Part shown: positions 8,947 to 18,109 of the stretch, piece by piece
Position numbering within the stretch: position 1 is the stretch's first letter
Layout: each line of letters begins with the position of its first letter
Source: Alphaproteobacteria bacterium
Lineage (GTDB): Bacteria; Pseudomonadota; Alphaproteobacteria; JABAAW01; JAHZMA01
Reading direction: 5' to 3'
Length of the DNA: 64,000 nt
NCBI GenBank assembly: GCA_022599575.1
Contig: JAHZMA010000061.1
Span: 4,480 to 68,479, forward strand
The notes under the pieces: model-generated
What the model saw: only the letters and a program-made list of their open reading frames with translations
The model's database searches: none
Told to the model about the DNA's origin: nothing
Position numbers and translations under genes: made by a program

Positions 8947-9435
8947 ATGAGCGTTATGAAAATTCCTAGAATCACAAAAAATATTGTATTTTTTGGCATC
9001 ATTGCTTGTGCCATTATTGGCATTGTGATTTGGCAATATAATACCACAAAATCTGGTAATAACAACGTTACAACAATAAAATTGCGTCATAATAACTCAC
9101 AAATAGTTTCTTTAGGAAAAGCCATTTATTTTGAAAATTGTGCGAGCTGTCATGGCGATAATTTGCAAGGACAAAAAAATTGGCGCACATTAGATGCTGA
9201 AGGTTATTTGCCTGCACCACCACATGACGAGACTGGGCATACATGGCATCATTCGGATATAAATCTATTTCTTCTTACCAAATATGGCGTTAGTTTTTTC
9301 ACCAAAGAAGATTATCTAACCCGTATGCCACGTTACGAAACATTGCTAACCGATGATGAAATTATTGCCGTCTTAAGCTATATTAAATCGACATGGCCGC
9401 AACATATTCAAGAAAAGCAGAATCATACCAATTAG
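8947..9435 (+). CDS. Membrane-anchored c-type cytochrome
   Basis: N-terminal TM helix and a single CASCHG haem-binding motif, with a downstream M (MPRY) as a possible axial ligand. Confidence 0.7.
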   Translation: MSVMKIPRITKNIVFFGIIACAIIGIVIWQYNTTKSGNNNVTTIKLRHNNSQIVSLGKAIYFENCASCHGDNLQGQKNWRTLDAEGYLPAPPHDETGHTWHHSDINLFLLTKYGVSFFTKEDYLTRMPRYETLLTDDEIIAVLSYIKSTWPQHIQEKQNHTN

Positions 9436-10742
9436 CCATTCAGTTTCTTATCATACGGGTAATGGCTTAGTGGTTCTGCGCCATTCTCAGTGATAATAAA
9501 CTGATTTTCTAATTTGATACCATCAGGCCCGCCAACTTCGCCAATATAGGCTTCAACACATATTGCCATGCCCGCTTCTATCACACCATCATAACCAACT
9601 TCTTCCTTATCTATCGGATAGGGTATTAGCGGCCATTCATCGCATAACCCCACCCCATGATACGGGCAACTATAGCGTTGCGCTACATATTTTTCTGGCA
9701 ATGGCAAGGCTTTATCGGTGAGTTCCAAAAATCCCATGCCTGCTTTTAACAATGATGCATTATATTCAATTTGTTCTAACGCCACCTTAAACATATCTTT
9801 TTGCCTTTGGGTTGGCATGCCATCGCCAATAAACCATGTGCGCGACAAATCAACGCAAAACCCATACACACCTATCAAATCAGTATCAAACGCCAATATT
9901 TCATTATTGCCGATAATGCGCGGCCCGCATTCTTGAAACCATGGATTGGTGCGCTGCCCCGATGCCATCAACCGCGTTTCAATCCATTCACCACCACGTT
10001 TGATATTACCCTTATGCAATTCCGCCCATATATCATTTTCAGTAACGCCCACTTGTGCAACTTCTTTCATGCCCCCTATGGATTGTTCGCAAGAATAAAC
10101 CGCACAGCGCATGGCGTTAATTTCTTCAGCATTTTTTACCGAACGGGTTCGTTCAACCACTGCCTCACCATTTTTGATGATAAAGCCTTTATCTTTCAAG
10201 CCCTGATAAGCATGTATTGGAATTTTATCAATGCCTAATTTTTTACCATCTCCGACATGTTGTTTCATAATTTGAGTGACTTCACTGGCAAAATCATCGG
10301 CTTTTTCTTCTGCCCTATCGCCACCCATAAAATAAAATAACCGCAAACATGAGCGCACTTCTTTGATGGCAGGATTGATTGCAAACGCATCATCACCATC
10401 AACATAATCCCATAAAACCATATAGCCCGCCGCAGTGATTAACACCGCCCTAAAGGGATTATGGGCATTCCATAATTGCATATTCGGGTAATCGGTGGCA
10501 TAACGAATCGATATTGGGTCAAACAGCAATAAAGCATCTAGCCCATTTAAATTAATCTGTTCAACCAACCTTTCATGCCGCTTGGCACGCATGATCGGTA
10601 AGTTAGGCGGGGTTAGTCCTGCTTTTTGCCATTCATCAAAAGCAAGCTGGGTTGGACCAATTTCTACCCTATCATTATTATCTTCAGAATAATCTGCTTT
10701 TAGCCGTTTTGTGGGGTCAATTTTGCGTGTAAATGATGCCAT
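9432..10742 (-). CDS. dddP: M24-family metalloenzyme, DddP-like (candidate dimethylsulfoniopropionate lyase)
   Basis: Creatinase/prolidase (M24) fold motifs. Blocks RVEIGPTQLAF, NMQLWN.HNPFRA, RSVK..EEI.AMRCA, RGGEWIETRL.ASG.R.NPWFQECGPR and HGVGLCDEWPL match my recollection of roseobacter DddP. The ATG at 10742 has an AAGGTG RBS. Confidence 0.55.
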   Translation of the reverse strand: MASFTRKIDPTKRLKADYSEDNNDRVEIGPTQLAFDEWQKAGLTPPNLPIMRAKRHERLVEQINLNGLDALLLFDPISIRYATDYPNMQLWNAHNPFRAVLITAAGYMVLWDYVDGDDAFAINPAIKEVRSCLRLFYFMGGDRAEEKADDFASEVTQIMKQHVGDGKKLGIDKIPIHAYQGLKDKGFIIKNGEAVVERTRSVKNAEEINAMRCAVYSCEQSIGGMKEVAQVGVTENDIWAELHKGNIKRGGEWIETRLMASGQRTNPWFQECGPRIIGNNEILAFDTDLIGVYGFCVDLSRTWFIGDGMPTQRQKDMFKVALEQIEYNASLLKAGMGFLELTDKALPLPEKYVAQRYSCPYHGVGLCDEWPLIPYPIDKEEVGYDGVIEAGMAICVEAYIGEVGGPDGIKLENQFIITENGAEPLSHYPYDKKLNG

Positions 10743-10752
10743 GATAATCACC

Positions 10753-10799
10753 TTACTTTCACTGAATTTTTGATGAAACTATCTAATACATGAAAGTAA
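10753..10799 (-). promoter_or_regulatory. Perfect 9-bp inverted repeat (TTACTTTCA-N29-TGAAAGTAA) in the leader of the DddP-like gene, abutting its SD
   Basis: Read directly from the sequence. The proximal arm overlaps GAAAGTAAGGTG, which contains the RBS. Confidence 0.3.
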
Positions 10800-10826
10800 A
10801 AATGTGTCAAGCACGAAAATTACCGA

Positions 10827-10857
10827 CAGCCACCCACCATCATATGGTGGGTGGCTG
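10827..10857 (-). terminator. Rho-independent terminator candidate after the 10871-11320 gene
   Basis: Perfect 14-bp GC-rich arms (CAGCCACCCACCAT / ATGGTGGGTGGCTG). On the minus strand they are followed by TCGGTAATTTTCG. Confidence 0.6.
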
Positions 10858-10870
10858 AAAAGTTGAGCGC

Positions 10871-11320
10871 TTACTTTTTAAGGTCGTTCTGTAAAGCTTC
10901 TATGCCTTCACCGCCATAGAGATTTTCAAAATAGCCGATAAATAATGCAATGATTAAACCTTCTAGCAAGCCACCAAAAATGATAAATGTAGCCGATTGC
11001 ATTTCTGGATAGGCTGCAAGCATTGGCACAAAAATATCATAGCAAAATAATAGTAGCAATCCGTTCAACCAAAGCCCTAATATTGATGCACGAAACCACC
11101 AAGGCATAGGAAACTGAGGAAACATCGGATGCACAGTAAGTACGCCAAACATCGCAATGAAAGCGCCCATAGTGCTATACCAAAATAGAACACCAAAGCG
11201 AAAATGCAATGCAACATCTTCGTAAAAATAGGGTAGAAAAACAAAGCCGACAAGCCCGATAGCCAACCCGATGCTTTTGCCGATGATAAACCGTTTCGTT
11301 AATGATGCTTGTTGTGCCAT
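10871..11320 (-). CDS. Hypothetical four-helix integral membrane protein
   Basis: Four hydrophobic segments. I recognise no family. The terminator lies immediately downstream. Confidence 0.5.
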   Translation of the reverse strand: MAQQASLTKRFIIGKSIGLAIGLVGFVFLPYFYEDVALHFRFGVLFWYSTMGAFIAMFGVLTVHPMFPQFPMPWWFRASILGLWLNGLLLLFCYDIFVPMLAAYPEMQSATFIIFGGLLEGLIIALFIGYFENLYGGEGIEALQNDLKK

Positions 11321-11620
11321 GATGATATTCCTTTATTAAAAGATATATAATAAATATGGACAATCTTTGACCTCCACACATTCCATCAAATCATGGTTTC
11401 TCAGCATTGTCAATAAAAATTTGAAACACCTATACAAAGTTTTTAATAGTGTTTCACTATTTTCAACCATTTAGTGGAATCAACCCTGCACACAGACGAT
11501 GCGATAACAATCGTTTCAACAAATAATAACGATAATTCTTGACTAACTTATTGCTGCTCTTTTATCAAGTAAAAGAGAGTTATGATGCAAAAAAGCAAAC
11601 AGAAATAATAAAAAGCGAAT

Positions 11621-12571
11621 TTATTTTCTAGATTCTGCAACATGGGTGCGCTGGCTAACAAAAATCACCAACACCATTAATACCATGAAGGTTATCACCA
11701 AAGGATCAAATGGTTCGTTTAGCCAGATCACCGCTACTATAAAAGTAATAAAAGGCTTTGATAATTGTAATTGTGTGGTTTTTGAAATGCCACCCAATAG
11801 CATGGCATGATACCACATGAAAAATACAAAACAACTATTCACCACCCCTAAAAAGAGCATGTGAAACCAGCCCCAAGCACTCAAATATTCAATGGAAGCA
11901 AAATCTATCACGATGAATGATAAGGGAACTAAAATCGGCAATGTCATCACCATTGCCCAGCATATCACCTGCCAACTGCCCATTTCTTTGGCTAGCACAC
12001 CACCCAAAGCATGGCTAATACCTGCCATCAATACCGCGCCCAACAATGCCAATTCGCCAAAATAGACATTCAGTATATTAACCGCGCCATTGGATAGGTA
12101 AGAAAATACAATAATCAGTAAAAAACCTGCAAGTGATGTTACCCAAAATCTCAATGATGGGCGTTCCGATGAAAATATTCTTGCAAATAATGCCGCACTG
12201 ATGCCGTTTGCCGCCAATATCACCCCGCCATTGCTTGCTGGGACACTATAAGTGCCATAAGTAATGAATAAATTAAAACCGAAGGCAGCAGTAATGCCAA
12301 CCAACAATAATTTAGCTAAATATCTCTTTTGTGGCAGTTTTTGTCTGGTAACAATTAACAAAAACAAGGCGAATAATGCGCCAAGCAAGCTACGCCCTAA
12401 TGCAACATCCCACACCGTTAAATCAAGCAAAAACAAATAGCGCGTCATCGGCAATGTCATTGCAAAGCAGGTAACAGCAACCACACCCAATAAAATACCT
12501 ATCAAATGGTAATTATGTATTTGATGCTCATATACATCATGCAAATCATGTAAAAATTTATCTAAAATCAT
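11621..12571 (-). CDS. EamA/DMT-family transporter
   Basis: Ten predicted TM helices arranged as two EamA repeats. Paralogous to 12830-13750 (VTRQKLP.K.YL, WQVICWAM, WYHAM.LGGI.KT). Confidence 0.75.
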   Translation of the reverse strand: MILDKFLHDLHDVYEHQIHNYHLIGILLGVVAVTCFAMTLPMTRYLFLLDLTVWDVALGRSLLGALFALFLLIVTRQKLPQKRYLAKLLLVGITAAFGFNLFITYGTYSVPASNGGVILAANGISAALFARIFSSERPSLRFWVTSLAGFLLIIVFSYLSNGAVNILNVYFGELALLGAVLMAGISHALGGVLAKEMGSWQVICWAMVMTLPILVPLSFIVIDFASIEYLSAWGWFHMLFLGVVNSCFVFFMWYHAMLLGGISKTTQLQLSKPFITFIVAVIWLNEPFDPLVITFMVLMVLVIFVSQRTHVAESRK

Positions 12572-12829
12572 TTATTATTCTCTTTTTGAATGTTACCCTA
12601 TCGTCACTTATATTTTTTAGTTCTATATGAAGTGCTGAATTAACTTATGGTATTTTCTGGCGTTCAAATGTGTTGCTATATTATTTTACATTAATCACCT
12701 AGCAAAATTCTAGCCAACTTTTACAAACAAAAAAATTAACTCTGCCAACTTATTATCATAATATAAGAATTTTAGCAATAGCAAAACAATTTGAAACCAT
12801 CTTGATTGCGCTGTTACGCTGATAAAAAA

Positions 12830-13750
12830 TCATTTAATATAAGGTTTTTGCGTGACATGACTGCCCACATGGCTACGTTGCGCGATTACAACCAAAATTA
12901 TAATTATAGCGATAAATAATACTACCATAGGATTAAATGGCTCGCTTAAAAATAACATGGCGGCGATAAAAGTAACAAAAGGCTGTAACAATTTTAACTG
13001 CGCGGTTTTCGCAATGCCACCTAATTTCATGGCATGATACCAGATAACAAATATTGCACAATTATTGACAATGCCAACATATAATAAATTACTGAAATGC
13101 CACGCATTTTTGGTGATGGTTGTAAAATCCACCAATAAAATGCTTAGCGGCACCACCACTGGCAATGAAAACGCCATCGCCCAGCAAATCACTTGCCAAC
13201 CACCAATTTCTTTGGCAAAAACAGCTCCTTGTGCATGGTTATAGCCTGCCATAATCACGGCGACAAAAATTGCCAATTCACCATAATAAACGCTGAAAAC
13301 ATTTACCGCCCCATTCACCAAATACGAAAATGTGGCAATCAACACAAATCCGCTAATAGCAATCATCCAGAATTGTCTTGATGGTTTTTCACCCGCAAGC
13401 AAAATCGCAAATAAAGCGATACAAATACTATTACCCGCTAAAATAACACTGCCATTACTAGCACTCGCCAATGCCATACCATAGCTGACGGCTGTTGAAA
13501 AGCCTAGCGATACCGTTAAGCCAAGAACAAACAAATGCGGTAAATATTTTTTAGCGGGCAATTTTTGTCTGGTAACAATTAACACAATCAACGCAAACAC
13601 GCCTGCAAATAAGCAGCGCCCTATTGCCGCATCCCAAATCGAAAAGCCTGATAGCAACAAATAACGGGTAATGGGCAATGTTAGCCCGAATGATATGGTT
13701 GCCAATAAGCCTAATGATATGCCAATGAAACGCTGATATTTTTGTAACAT
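12830..13750 (-). CDS. EamA/DMT-family transporter (paralogue)
   Basis: Same motifs as 11621-12571. It starts 20 nt downstream of the ABC substrate-binding gene. Confidence 0.75.
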   Translation of the reverse strand: MLQKYQRFIGISLGLLATISFGLTLPITRYLLLSGFSIWDAAIGRCLFAGVFALIVLIVTRQKLPAKKYLPHLFVLGLTVSLGFSTAVSYGMALASASNGSVILAGNSICIALFAILLAGEKPSRQFWMIAISGFVLIATFSYLVNGAVNVFSVYYGELAIFVAVIMAGYNHAQGAVFAKEIGGWQVICWAMAFSLPVVVPLSILLVDFTTITKNAWHFSNLLYVGIVNNCAIFVIWYHAMKLGGIAKTAQLKLLQPFVTFIAAMLFLSEPFNPMVVLFIAIIIILVVIAQRSHVGSHVTQKPYIK

Positions 13751-13770
13751 GTTATATCCTTTATGGCTTA

Positions 13771-14637
13771 TTATTGTGCGTTCGCAAAAAACACAGTTTT
13801 GCCATTAATTTTATAACGCGCAATGATTTTTTGCCCTTGTGCGCCAATTAAGAAATCAATGAATTTTTTCGCTGATTGATATTGCAGATAGGGATGTTTT
13901 TCGGGATTGGCGGCAATCACACTATATTGATTAAAAAGCAATTCATCGCCTTTAACATGGATTTTGAAATCACCCATTTTCGACTTAAAGCGTAACCATG
14001 TTGCCTCATCGCTTAAAATATAAGCGTTTTTCTCAAAAGCAATCAACAGGCTCTGCCCCATACCTGTACCACTTTGAATATACCAGCTACTTTGTCGACT
14101 TAAAAAATTCCAACTAAAAATATTTTTGTCATTATCAGGCACAATGCCTAATTTTTGCCATAATGCCAGCTCTTTTTGATGGGTGCCACTATCATCACCG
14201 CGTGATACAAAAGGCACGCGCTTTGTTGCAATTTGCTGTAATGAAGCAAGTACATCAGTGGCATCAAGATTGAGCTTGCCTTGCAATCTATCATTTTGGG
14301 GGCCAACAATCACAAATTGATTATACATAAAAGGATAACGCTTTACCCCATAGCCACTGGCAACAAGCTGTTGTTCTGCTTCTGGCGCATGAGTCATAAT
14401 CACATCAGCATTGCCATCAATCGCGCTTCTAATGGCAAGCCCACTGCCTTGAATTACCGCTTTCACGGTAATATCATGGTTTTTTTCAAATGCTTGCAAC
14501 AATATATCTAACAGGCCTGAATTGTGAACTGACGTGGTGGTGGCAAGTAAAAGCTGTTTATTTTTGGCATGGACCACAAACGCTAATGGCGATACAGATA
14601 AAACAACAGCAAATAATATTGTGATAAAAATTTTCAT
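13771..14637 (-). CDS. Periplasmic substrate-binding protein, TupA-like (tungstate/oxyanion type, PBP-like-2)
   Basis: Signal peptide. LATTTSVHNSGLLD motif resembling the TupA anion-binding signature. VSRGDDSGTH block. Confidence 0.55.
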   Translation of the reverse strand: MKIFITILFAVVLSVSPLAFVVHAKNKQLLLATTTSVHNSGLLDILLQAFEKNHDITVKAVIQGSGLAIRSAIDGNADVIMTHAPEAEQQLVASGYGVKRYPFMYNQFVIVGPQNDRLQGKLNLDATDVLASLQQIATKRVPFVSRGDDSGTHQKELALWQKLGIVPDNDKNIFSWNFLSRQSSWYIQSGTGMGQSLLIAFEKNAYILSDEATWLRFKSKMGDFKIHVKGDELLFNQYSVIAANPEKHPYLQYQSAKKFIDFLIGAQGQKIIARYKINGKTVFFANAQ

Positions 14638-14642
14638 CCATG

Positions 14643-15431
14643 CTATCCTTTACCATTGATAAATTGTTGCGCTTGTGCGTTAGGCGGCCGCTTAAAAAAA
14701 TCACTCACTTGCATCATAGCCTGCATTGGCTGCATTGCCACACCATCAGCAGTCACCATATCCTGATGAACATCACAATGAAACAAAAATAAAATATCAT
14801 CTTTATCTTTTGCCAATAATTTAATCTGCGCCATATCATGGCTAACAATCACCATTTTCTGCCCCCGCTGACGCGCCTTGATGATAAGCTGTTCAATCCG
14901 ATTTTTCATATCGGGGGCAAGGCTAGCGGTTGGCTCATCAAGCAACCAATAATCGCGCCGCATCACCATCATAGACGCAAAAGATAATAATTTTTGCTGA
15001 CCAACCGATAATGAATAAGCATTTTTTTGTCGCGCTTCAAAAAGCCCTGCCTGCATCAGCACATCATCAATTAATTCATTATCAATCTTTCGATTCGCAA
15101 TTTTAGCGTTATTTTTTTCAGCGTTATTTTTTTCAGCAAGGGCAATAAACCGTAAATTTTCAAGCACCGACCGATTGAGTAAAATTGGTTTTTGATGCAT
15201 CAATGCTGGTAATTGCTGCTGTATGCCTATCACCGCGCCATGTTGTGGCACAATAAAACCCGCCAATGTTTTGAGAAGCAGTGATTTACCAACGCCATTG
15301 GCACCTGCCACAAAACTGATATTATCGCGGGCAAAAACCATATTTAAGCGATGCAACACTGTTTTTTTACCATAACCCACCGATAACTCACGCAATTCAA
15401 GTGTCTCTTCTGCCATTATATCTTCAGGCAT
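14643..15431 (-). CDS. ABC transporter ATP-binding protein (TupC-like)
   Basis: Walker A GANGVGKS, signature LSVGQQK, Walker B WLLDEPT, H-loop VSHD. It contains a perfect 15-nt duplication (AEKNN x2). An alternative start is the ATG at 15416. Confidence 0.8.
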   Translation of the reverse strand: MPEDIMAEETLELRELSVGYGKKTVLHRLNMVFARDNISFVAGANGVGKSLLLKTLAGFIVPQHGAVIGIQQQLPALMHQKPILLNRSVLENLRFIALAEKNNAEKNNAKIANRKIDNELIDDVLMQAGLFEARQKNAYSLSVGQQKLLSFASMMVMRRDYWLLDEPTASLAPDMKNRIEQLIIKARQRGQKMVIVSHDMAQIKLLAKDKDDILFLFHCDVHQDMVTADGVAMQPMQAMMQVSDFFKRPPNAQAQQFINGKG

Positions 15432-16155
15432 CTTTTTGCCTCTGCTTAAATAGCATGAAGATAATATTTAGAATTAAGCCAATGGCAACCAATATCAACC
15501 CCAATGCCAATGCAAAGCTGATATTGCCACGCGATGTTTCTAGCACAATGCTGGTGGTCATGGTGCGGGTGAAATGCTGAATATTGCCGCCCACAATCAA
15601 CACCGCCCCCACTTCTGAAAGACCCCGTCCTAGCCCTGCCACTGGTAATATCATCAGTGCAAAACGCAATTCATATAACAAGCTTGCACTTTGTTTGAAA
15701 AATGATAATTGCAAATTATGGAATAATGGACGGTAATAAACATAATGTTGTTGCAATTGTTCTATTGCCAATGCGGTGATAATGGGGAATATCAACACAG
15801 CTTGGGCGATAATCATAATTGTGGGGGTATAAAGCAGGTGCGTTACGCCCAACACGCCATTGCGCGAAAAAATAATATAAAGCAACAAGCCGATGAAAAC
15901 TGGCGGCAAGCCCATCATCGCATTCAACAAAACAAGCAGCAGATTTTTACCACGAAATTCATTTAACGCGATAAGTGTTGCGAAAAAAAGAGAGAAAATA
16001 AGCGCAAACAGTAATGCCCATAGGCTGACCCATAGGGATAATAAAATAATTTCCCATAATGCTGTATCAAAACTAATGAGCAACCACAATGCTTGCTTGA
16101 AGGTGGCAGTAAAAGACATAAAAATATTATATGCTAAACCATCATCTATTGGCAA
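15424..16155 (-). CDS. ABC transporter permease (TupB-like)
   Basis: Five to six TM helices and the block GRGLSEVGAVLIVGGNI, typical of tungstate/oxyanion-type permeases. Confidence 0.7.
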   Translation of the reverse strand: MPIDDGLAYNIFMSFTATFKQALWLLISFDTALWEIILLSLWVSLWALLFALIFSLFFATLIALNEFRGKNLLLVLLNAMMGLPPVFIGLLLYIIFSRNGVLGVTHLLYTPTIMIIAQAVLIFPIITALAIEQLQQHYVYYRPLFHNLQLSFFKQSASLLYELRFALMILPVAGLGRGLSEVGAVLIVGGNIQHFTRTMTTSIVLETSRGNISFALALGLILVAIGLILNIIFMLFKQRQKDA

Positions 16156-16175
16156 TAAATATAGGACAATATCCG

Positions 16176-16967
16176 TTAGAAATTATAAATGATACCCGCT
16201 TCAAACACGGGGTAAAATTCAAAGGCTTCTGCGTCTCGTTTTATTTTAGCCAAATAAGCCCCCTCGGCTTTATCGCGTAATTCAGCTTGCGCTGCCCGTG
16301 ACTCAGCTGAGTCAAGTGATGCCCCCCCTACTGCTTGAATTGTTCCAAAATTTAGTCGCACATCATCAGCTTCTGGCATCAAAATAATACCCATTTCGGC
16401 CCGTAATGTTATTCTGCTTTTGGAATGCCTTCTTGCCCCTATACCAATACCCATATAAGGAACATTGCCCTTATAGCGTATTGATGATGTATAATCGGCT
16501 TGCAACAAATAATCGTCACCATTTTCAGTAAAGGCGCGTGTGGCGTAACCTTGGGCATTATATTCCATATTCACATTAAAAAAACCTGATGAAACAAAAA
16601 TGCCACCGCCAAACAGATAAATATTGGCAATCAGCGCATGGTTTGTAAATTCACTATCATAATAATATTCATAAGCATTATCATTATTAACCTCTTTCAT
16701 CGTCGTTCTATTATCATAGGCCGCCGTAAGCAAGCGAAGACTATAATAATAACTTTTGCGAACAGAAAATGCCAGACCAGTACCATATGTGCCAGTAATA
16801 ATTTCTGCGCCGTAACCACCGCGCGATAAAAAAACATCTGGGTCTTGTGCGTTGGCTTTTTTTGCAAAAACTAATAATGACAACAATAATGCTATCAATA
16901 AAACGATATTGAAACGATAAATATTGTTAATGTGACTAATAATATTTATGATTCCTGTTTTTTTCAT
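16176..16967 (-). CDS. Uncharacterised outer-membrane beta-barrel-like protein (paralogue A)
   Basis: Signal peptide ending AKKANAQ. Alternating aromatic/Gly beta-strand pattern. C-terminal ...GIIYNF (terminal Phe). A charged helical segment sits before the last strand. Confidence 0.55.
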   Translation of the reverse strand: MKKTGIINIISHINNIYRFNIVLLIALLLSLLVFAKKANAQDPDVFLSRGGYGAEIITGTYGTGLAFSVRKSYYYSLRLLTAAYDNRTTMKEVNNDNAYEYYYDSEFTNHALIANIYLFGGGIFVSSGFFNVNMEYNAQGYATRAFTENGDDYLLQADYTSSIRYKGNVPYMGIGIGARRHSKSRITLRAEMGIILMPEADDVRLNFGTIQAVGGASLDSAESRAAQAELRDKAEGAYLAKIKRDAEAFEFYPVFEAGIIYNF

Positions 16968-17164
16968 TTGTCGGGCTCGCTTCCCAAATGATTTTTATAA
17001 AATTAACTTTTACCACAGACCATAAATAATTGGTTTGGCAGGTTATAATTATTGTTCATTCAATAATTTTCCTAGCTCACTCTAATATAATATGATAGAT
17101 AAAACAAAGCAAGCAATATGCCAATCACGCTAGCAATAGTAGCTTTAATAGAGATGCAATATGC

Positions 17165-18001
17165 TTAAAAATGATAACTAATGCCAAATTCTATCACTGG
17201 AAATAACGCGTAATCATCTTTAAATTTTTCTTTCAACTCTTCTTCATATTCTTCACTTTTTGCTTCAAGCTCAGCTGTTGTCTCTGTTCTGACTGCCTCA
17301 CTCAAACCTTCATCATCTCCCACAACATTGATATTCCTAACATATAAGTCAATTTCTGGGTCTGACACCTGAATCACACCTATTTCAAACCGCAGCCCAA
17401 GACCTTTTTTATCAGCATGTTTGGTGCCTAATCCAATACCTGCATAACCGCTAGGGCCCGTAAAAGCGATTGATGCGCCCATTTCAGCTGAAAATGTGAA
17501 TTCTACATCTGGTGTGACAATACCTTGAAGCTCGGGCGGGATATCATCGGCACTAGGGTTAACACCTGTGCGTTCTGCACTGCCATCAAGTGCAAGACTC
17601 AGTTCAAAATTGGAAACGCCAAATGCAAAATAAAACCTTCCCCTAAATGGGTGGAGATTTAAGATAAAAGCATCACTGCCAAGCGCAGCTGCTTGCGTAT
17701 AATCATAAGAGTTTTCATTTTTTGTTTCTGAAACATCTTCATCATAATCAATACCAGCTGATACCAATCTAAAACTGGCATATCTATTGGGGCGATACAT
17801 AACCGTTCCCGCCTCACCACCTGCCGTAATAAAACTATAGCCTATACCCCAGCCATTACCGCCACGTCCCCGTGCATGGTCTTGTGCCATTGCTTGGTGA
17901 AACGACACCAACAATAATATGGGCAATAATAATATGGGCAATAAAATGATGGCATATTTTTTGACGATAATTTTAAGCATTTTGACTATCTTCTTTTCCA
18001 A
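17165..18001 (-). CDS. Uncharacterised outer-membrane beta-barrel-like protein (paralogue B)
   Basis: Homologous to 16176-16967. Signal peptide with an LLPIL duplication. C-terminal ...FGISYHF. An acidic helix (AELEAKSEEYEEELKEKFKDD) sits before the last strand. Confidence 0.55.
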   Translation of the reverse strand: MEKKIVKMLKIIVKKYAIILLPILLLPILLLVSFHQAMAQDHARGRGGNGWGIGYSFITAGGEAGTVMYRPNRYASFRLVSAGIDYDEDVSETKNENSYDYTQAAALGSDAFILNLHPFRGRFYFAFGVSNFELSLALDGSAERTGVNPSADDIPPELQGIVTPDVEFTFSAEMGASIAFTGPSGYAGIGLGTKHADKKGLGLRFEIGVIQVSDPEIDLYVRNINVVGDDEGLSEAVRTETTAELEAKSEEYEEELKEKFKDDYALFPVIEFGISYHF

Positions 18002-18109
18002 TAGAGTGTTAACAACCTATCGTTAATAACATTTCATATGACATAATAAAACTTTTAATAGTTTATTATGCCAAAAAAATATATTCATTTGCAAGCAATA
18101 ATATATGAT

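Noticed and set aside
11556-11580. Hairpin CTCTTTTA-TCAAG-TAAAAGAG downstream of the EamA gene as a terminator, and the imperfect palindrome GAAACAC..GTGTTTC at about 11420-11455
   Set aside because: The stem is AT-only with no following T-run on the relevant strand. The palindrome is imperfect with an 11-nt loop. Neither rises above the AT-rich background.
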